41,609 nucleotides of DNA from a virus (taxonomy: Duplodnaviria > Heunggongvirae > Uroviricota > Caudoviricetes): the IMG/VR virus record IMGVR_UViG_2939152649_000003; one strand, 5' to 3'. Below the pieces are notes generated by a model. The model made no database searches, was not told the DNA's origin, and was given only the letters and a program-made list of their open reading frames with translations. The translations under genes and the position numbers were made by a program. The stretch's first letter is position 1. Each line of letters starts with the position of its first letter. Positions 35,566-41,609 of the stretch are shown one piece after another.

Positions 35566-35727
35566 ATGCAGGAGAAAAAATGCGCGTACTGCCGCAAGCC
35601 GATCAAGCAAGGGAAGGAAGTTAAAAACGAACTGCTCTTTATCCACGGCACGCAGTTGAAACGCGAGCAACGTGATTACTGTTCAGTACGTTGCGCTTCG
35701 TTCGACCAGATGGCCCACGAAGCATAA
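35566..35727 (+). CDS. Small zinc-ribbon protein (53 aa)
   Basis: MQEKKCAYCRKPIKQGKEVKNELLFIHGTQLKREQRDYCSVRCASFDQMAHEA with a GGAGTGAG RBS. Below the ORF-track cutoff. Confidence 0.45.
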   Translation: MQEKKCAYCRKPIKQGKEVKNELLFIHGTQLKREQRDYCSVRCASFDQMAHEA

Positions 35728-35865
35728 CGAAAACCCCGCGCAAGGCGAGATTCACGTCCGGTGCCACCGACCAAAGTTACACCGGAATTTATACCAAACC
35801 AAAAAACATCCAATGGGCGCTATCTCTGGCCCGGGGATTCTAACACTCAAAAAAGAGGATCTCAC

Positions 35866-38775
35866 ATGGAATTTTTCCATCTGATAAAAGCCAGTCAGAA
35901 GTCTGGCAAGAAAGATGCAGTGATTTGGTTCACTGCGAAAAGTGTAGCGCGCGCCAATCTCCAACTCGATGTGGCACTGGAAGAAGCCGGAATTGAAGAA
36001 ACTGGCCGCGGTAAAGATTATGCCAAACCAATCCGCACCGATTTCCCGGTATATGACGACCTGCCGGAAGAAGGCGCAGTGGATTACACCTGGTGCAAAC
36101 GCTACGAACTGCAGAACGATGACCGCACCTGGATGCCAAAAGTCACAGCTGAAAACTCTGACGAGAAAACGGCTCAGACCGTTGATAGTCACATAACTAC
36201 TGAGTCAACGCTGCCAGAAACCGCTGGCATCACGCTGGACGAACACGACGACGACTCAACCCTCTACCCGGTAGTGCAGATGCCGTTTCGTAAGCAACTG
36301 CTTTCCCAGTTCACCGCCGACGAACTGCGCCACCACGTAACCCGCGAAGAGTACGAAGCTATCGGCGCGCTGGAGATGGACACTGATAACAGTTACGTCC
36401 AGAACTTGCTGTTAGCTGCTGAGAACTGCCCGGACGTGAAGGGTTACGACACCAAAGACCTGTGGCGCTACACCGATGCCATTCGCAAAGTGTTCAGCCA
36501 GGACAAGCGTCACGAACTCGCGCTGGTACTCCGTTTCACCAGAATGTGGGCGGCGACTGATTACATTGACCGTGGCATCCTGGCGCGTGAATGGGCTGCC
36601 GGTAATCACATCAGTAGTGTTCAGCGTACTGATTCCGGAACCAATGCCAACGGCGGTTACGTCACTGACCGTGGACCTGATGCATACCATACCCTTGACA
36701 CTCTCGATTTAGAGATTGCATGTGCCCTTCTGCCTATGGACTTCAACCACTTCGAGATCCCGGGCAGCATTCTTCGTCGCGCTAAAGAAATCGTGACCAA
36801 AAAAGAAGAACCGTGGAAATCATGGAGCAGCATTCTGCGCAATCAACCCGGCGTTCTTGGCGTTAACCGCACAGCTATTTTTAACCTGATACGTATCGCG
36901 CCGGAAAATATTCATCTAACTCCTGTCGCTCACCTGGAGTTTGTTAACCGGACCATGACTGCTGCGTTTAATGCTGCTGTTGAGTTATTGCCATTGCATG
37001 AAGCTGAGCCCGCAACACAGGAAATTCCCCAACCTGAAAGTAAGGAGTCTCCACGCAAACCCTTCTGCACTCACGAAGAGAACCTGCAACGCGTACGTGA
37101 AGAAGAAGCACGCCGCCGCGCAGAGGAAGCGACAGCACAACCACATAAAGCCGAACAAGAACTGGTTAAAAATGTCGGCAACGGAATATTCGATGTTACG
37201 GCTTTACTGCAGAACTCAGCAACTCATGGCACGAAACAGGCTACGGAAACCACCAGCAATGTGCAGGTTCAAGAAACTGTCAGTGATGAAAAAAATGTTG
37301 GTAATGAAATGCAGTCAGGCGAAAGCAGTCTGGAAACTGGTGAAGAGTCACATCCCGGCCAGCAGGCCGATGTAAACCAAAATACGGAATCTGTCGCTCA
37401 AAATAGCGATTCTGTAAACCAGACTGAACCAGTTTTGGCACACGTCGAGCCAGAGGCGCAATCTGACGAACAAGCTGTTTTTTACCCCGATTACTTCGAG
37501 CCTGGGCGCTATGAAGGTCTGCCGAACGAGGTTTACCACGCTGCCAACGGCATCAGTTCCACCTAGGTAAAAGATGCGCGCGTTTCGCTGATGTACTTCA
37601 ATGCGCGCCACGTTGAGAAAACCATCGTCAAAGAGCGCTCCTCAGTGCTGGACATGGGAAACCTGGTACATGCGCTGGCGTTGCAGCCAGAACAGCTCGA
37701 TGAAGAATTTAGCGTTGAACCCGTAATTCCGGAAGGTGCATTTACCACCACGGCAACGATCCGCGCGTTTATTGATGAGTACAACGCCAGCCTGCCAGCG
37801 CAACTGAGCGCAGACGATATCAAAGCTTTGCTGGATGAATACAACGCCACCCTGCCAGCGCTGGTGCCGCTGGGCGCTAGCCTGGATGAAACGGCGCAGA
37901 ACTATATGGCGCTGCCAGCTGAATTCCAACGTATCGATGCAGATCAGAAGAAGACAGCAACAGCAATGAAGGCGTGCATCAAAGAGTACAACGCCACCCT
38001 GCCAGCGCAGATTAAAACCAGCGGCAGCCGCGACGCACTACTCGAACAACTTGCGATTATCAATCCTGACCTGGTCGCGCAGGAAGCTCAGAAGCTGCAA
38101 CCGCTGAAAGTCTCTGGCACGAAGGCCGATCTGATTCAGGCCGTGAAGGCAGTCAAACCAGATGCAGTGTTCGCCGACGAGCTGCTCGATGCGTGGCGCA
38201 ACAACCCGGAAGGGAAAGTGCTGGTTACCCACCAGCAACTTGCCACCGCGCAGGCAATTCAGTCAGCACTGCTCTCGCACCCGACCGCAGGCATGCTGCT
38301 AACCCACCCGAGCCGCGCCGTTGAGGTGAGCTACTTTGGCTTTGACGAGGAGACGGGACTGGAAGTTCGTGTGCGCCCTGACCTTGAGATCGACCTAGAC
38401 GGCGTGCGTATCGGTGCTGACCTGAAAACCATCAGCATGTGGAATGTTAAGCAGGAAAGCCTGCGCGCCAGGCTACACCGGGAAATTATTGAACGTGATT
38501 ATCACCTGAGCGCGGCTATGTACTGCGAAACCGCAGCGCTGGATCAGTTCTTCTGGATTTTCGTCAACAAAGACGAGAACTACCACTGGATCGCCATCAT
38601 CGAGGCATCCGCTGAACTACTGGAGCTGGGTATGCTCGAGTACCGCAAAGCGATGCGCAATATCGCAACCGGATTCGACACAGGTGAATGGCCAGCGCCA
38701 ATCACTGCTGACTACACCGACGAACTGAACGACTTCGACCTGCGCCGCCTTGAAGCGCTGCGTACTCAGGCATAA
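35866..38775 (+). pseudogene. recE: RecE-like exonuclease VIII gene interrupted by one in-frame amber codon (37564..37566)
   Basis: ORFs 35866..37566 and 37591..38775 share one frame, separated by a single TAG. The stop falls in YHAANGISST*VKDA, aligned with the lambda-exo motif WH..RLGVITASEV. The PD-(D/E)xK core RPDLEIDLDGVRIGADLK lies downstream. Confidence 0.6.
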
Positions 38776-38780
38776 GGGGA

Positions 38781-39899
38781 ATGATGATGGAAAACACGAA
38801 TATCGTAACCGCTGAACAGCAGACTCCAAACACGATCTCAGCCAGCAATGCCATTTTCAACGTGCAGGCTTTAACCCAGCTTCAGTCTGTCGCCGGGTTG
38901 ATGGCACAGGCAGCCGTAACGGTGCCTGAGCACCTCCGCGGCAATCCGGCAGACTGCATGGCCATCATCATGCAGGCGATGCAGTGGGGTATGAACCCTT
39001 ACGCCGTGGCGCAAAAGACGCACCTGGTTAACGGTGTCCTGGGATACGAAGCGCAACTGGTTAATGCGGTGATCTCCAGCTCAAACGCCATCGTTGGCCG
39101 CTTTCACTATGAGTACGAGGGCGACTGGTCGAAATGTGCCAGCAGCCGCGAGATAACCGTTAAAAAGCCTGCGAAAGGTGGCGGGACGTACGACAAGAAA
39201 GAAATGGTACGCGGTTGGGAAAGTGCTGATGAACAAGGACTGTCGGTACGGGTAGGTGCCGTTATTCGCGGTGAAAGTGATATCACCTGGGGAGAGCCTG
39301 TTTTCCTCTCCAGCGTAATCACACGTAATTCTCCACTTTGGGTATCAAACCCGAAACAACAGATCGCTTATCTGGCACTCAAATACTGGGCGCGCCTGTA
39401 TTGCCCTGCAGTTGTTCTTGGTGTGTACACCCCTGATGAGATTGAACAGCGCACAGAAAAAGAGATCAACCCAACGCCGCAACGCGTTAGCCTGGCTGAT
39501 ATCTCAGGTGACACCGTCACAACCACGCAAAGCGCACAGGAATCGTCGGTAAATGTCGACTCTCTTGCCGATGATTTCCGCGAACGCATCGAATCTGCTC
39601 AGGACGTGGATAGCGCCAAATCGCTGCGTGCCGACATTGAAACGGCGAAAGCTACGCTGGGATCCGCACTATTCACCGAGCTGAAAAACAAAGCCGTAAA
39701 GCGTTATTACCTAGTGGATGCACGCAACAAGGTTGAGGAGGCTATTAAATCCCTGCCCCAGCCCGACGAGCCGCATGCATCCGAACGGTTCGCTGAAGCC
39801 GAGCGCATGCTTGCATCTTCAAAGCGTCACTTAGGCGATGAACTGCACGATCAATTCAGCATCACCCTGGCGGATATGAAACCGGAATACGTGGCCTGA
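38781..39899 (+). CDS. recT: RecT-like single-strand annealing protein
   Basis: 372-aa ORF directly downstream of the RecE-like gene. The segment AMQWGMNPYAVAQKTHLVNGVLGYEAQL resembles the RecT core. Confidence 0.55.
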   Translation: MMMENTNIVTAEQQTPNTISASNAIFNVQALTQLQSVAGLMAQAAVTVPEHLRGNPADCMAIIMQAMQWGMNPYAVAQKTHLVNGVLGYEAQLVNAVISSSNAIVGRFHYEYEGDWSKCASSREITVKKPAKGGGTYDKKEMVRGWESADEQGLSVRVGAVIRGESDITWGEPVFLSSVITRNSPLWVSNPKQQIAYLALKYWARLYCPAVVLGVYTPDEIEQRTEKEINPTPQRVSLADISGDTVTTTQSAQESSVNVDSLADDFRERIESAQDVDSAKSLRADIETAKATLGSALFTELKNKAVKRYYLVDARNKVEEAIKSLPQPDEPHASERFAEAERMLASSKRHLGDELHDQFSITLADMKPEYVA

Positions 39900-39937
39900 C
39901 GAGACCGGGAGGGGTAACCCTCCCTCAAGGAGATTAT

Positions 39938-40180
39938 ATGCGACTGATCAATCGAGGAAGTAAGCAATCACCTTTAGCTCGCCAAGCATGCGACATCGCG
40001 CTGGCAGCTCACTTGCAAACATATGGCGACTATGGGCGAAGCAAGATGAAAGAGACTTATACGGTGAAGGTTGAAGGCGTGAAAGTCTGGGTGGAGGTGG
40101 TGAACCGAAAGGCGAGCTACGTGGCCACAGCGATGACCGGCATGCGCCGTCTCCGCTCCCTGCCCGGGCAGGTTGGTTGA
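39938..40180 (+). CDS. Hypothetical protein
   Basis: 80-aa ORF with an AGGAG RBS between the recT-like and xis genes. Confidence 0.4.
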   Translation: MRLINRGSKQSPLARQACDIALAAHLQTYGDYGRSKMKETYTVKVEGVKVWVEVVNRKASYVATAMTGMRRLRSLPGQVG

Positions 40181-40221
40181 AAAAGATTTTGAATGGCCCG
40201 AACGGGCAACTGGAGAGAGCT

Positions 40222-40419
40222 ATGGATGATATTTTGGTAACGTCAGACCTGACCAGTCGCTACAAAATTTCACGCAAAACCCTTTGGTCATGGCAAAGTG
40301 CAGACACAATGCCTCGGGGCTTCGTATGCCCGTTCCCACCCCCTGACTGGCCCGGCAACCCTAACCGCTGGCGCTCTGAGTCAATCAAAGAGTGGGAGGA
40401 TAAAAAGAAGATAAATTAA
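40222..40419 (+). CDS. xis: Excisionase / AlpA-family DNA-binding protein
   Basis: 65-aa product [25 protein letters not shown]...FPPP...W with a GGAGAG RBS. Convergent with int. Confidence 0.65.
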
Positions 40420-41609
40420 CTGAAGGGCTCTCCGATGATCTCTTCAAGATGGCTCTGCCAAACGCGGAGCCAGTGTTTCTGATCATCGATATAGTCATGA
40501 AGGTTGTAATGCGCCATAACCCCCACCATCTGATGCCCGAGCAGCTTTTCAATTACGTGCGGCGGGCAACCTAACTCAGAGAGATTTGTGGCTATCGTCC
40601 GCCTCATATCATGAAGCGACCACTCTGCCATACCTGTTCCATTCCAAATAGAACGGGCGTAATTGGATGCCACAGGTGAATGAACGGGCGAATCTTTGAT
40701 CCCGCCATCAATTTTACGTTGTGAAGTCACCAGGTGATTGGTGTTTATTTTCTTGAGGTGATTTCTGACCAGGTTAACGGCGGCGTCTGAGAGTCCCCTT
40801 CTAATATGTACCCGAGTTTTATAACTGCCCGCAGGCACGACCCACTCATTATCATCCAATCGAAACCATGATCTCTCACTAAGTCGAATCTCAGCCGTAC
40901 GGCATCCGGTAAGCATAATAAATTTCACCAGGAAAACGGACTCTATCGACATATGGCTTTTCAACCACTGATAGATTTTGCGCAGATCGTCATCGTCCAT
41001 CCTGCGAGTTCTCTTTTTAGGCTTTTGCCCGACATCAGATGGCAGTAATCCCTCGAGTGGGTTTGAGGCGATCACACTTCTGTTAACGCAGAACCTAAAG
41101 GCCCGTTTGCACAGCGAAAGCATGTAATGAGCCATCACCCTGCTTTCTATAGAATCGAAGACGTTGATCCAGTGCATTTTCGCTGTGTTATCGACTTTGA
41201 CATTCTTCATCGGTTCGGCGATATGTTTCTCAAACACCTGGCGATAGTAATCGACTTTAACTAGCCCGTTAGCGATACAGTGCCTTTCAATCCAGTAATT
41301 GAACGCTTCGGCAACGGACATCGCTTCCTGTCGGGTCTGCTTATCCAGCTTCACCTGCTCTCGCGGATCCAGTCCCTCAGTTAACCAGTTTCTGAATTGT
41401 TGGCGACGCTCTCTTGCCTGGGTGATACTCATTGCAGGATAATCACCAACATTGAGTTTTACCGCTTTACCGGCCCAGCGATACCGATAGAAAAATGATA
41501 TTTTTCCGGCCTGGCTGATTCTGGCGTTGAGCCCGTGCGAATCAGAAATAATCTCGATATCATCTCTTTTCTTGCCGAGCGCCTTCCTGAGCTTTGTGTC
41601 GGTGATCAT
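40416..41609 (-). CDS. int: Tyrosine integrase (phage integrase family)
   Basis: 397-aa product with an N-terminal arm-binding domain and catalytic motifs (HDMRRT, LGH, HYNL). ATG is the last triplet of the window. Confidence 0.85.

Noticed and set aside
35761-35865. Upstream start (MPPTKVT...) for the RecE-like ORF
   Set aside because: No RBS there. MEFFHL at 35866 follows an AAGAGGA RBS and avoids running into the zinc-ribbon ORF region.

Overview
The window is an almost complete temperate prophage of about 41.6 kb with a mosaic make-up: lambdoid regulation, replication, nin and lysis modules joined to contractile-tail (myovirus-type) morphogenesis genes. It runs from a Gin/Pin-family serine invertase at the left edge (1..549, minus) to a tyrosine integrase at the right edge (40416..41609, minus); no attachment site is inside the window. 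All calls rest on reading the sequence and ORF translations by eye and on recalled family knowledge; no database search was run. Left to right: (i) an invertible ~1.55 kb segment flanked by inverted gix/hix-like sites that swaps the tail-fibre C-terminus and its assembly chaperone; (ii) a minus-strand late operon from Q antiterminator through pinholin, SAR endolysin, spanins, terminase, portal, capsid, sheath, tube, tape measure and baseplate to the fibre, interrupted by several AT-rich morons; (iii) a nin-like region (RusA, YlcG-like, YbcO-like, LexA-controlled DinI); (iv) an AT-rich accessory island (28.0-30.4 kb) with a 201-aa ORF behind a poly-G tract, a secreted protein and a decayed AlpA-like gene; (v) an O-like replication gene with ori iterons, a Cro-like/DicA-like immunity switch with five copies of one operator motif, and a RecE-like (amber-interrupted)/RecT-like recombination operon ending at xis/int. 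The strongest candidate for an undescribed system is the two-gene module 34083..34892, co-oriented directly downstream of the repressor and closed by a strong terminator, the position lambda uses for rexAB; the poly-G-gated 201-aa ORF is the second candidate. No rRNA, tRNA or CRISPR array was seen.
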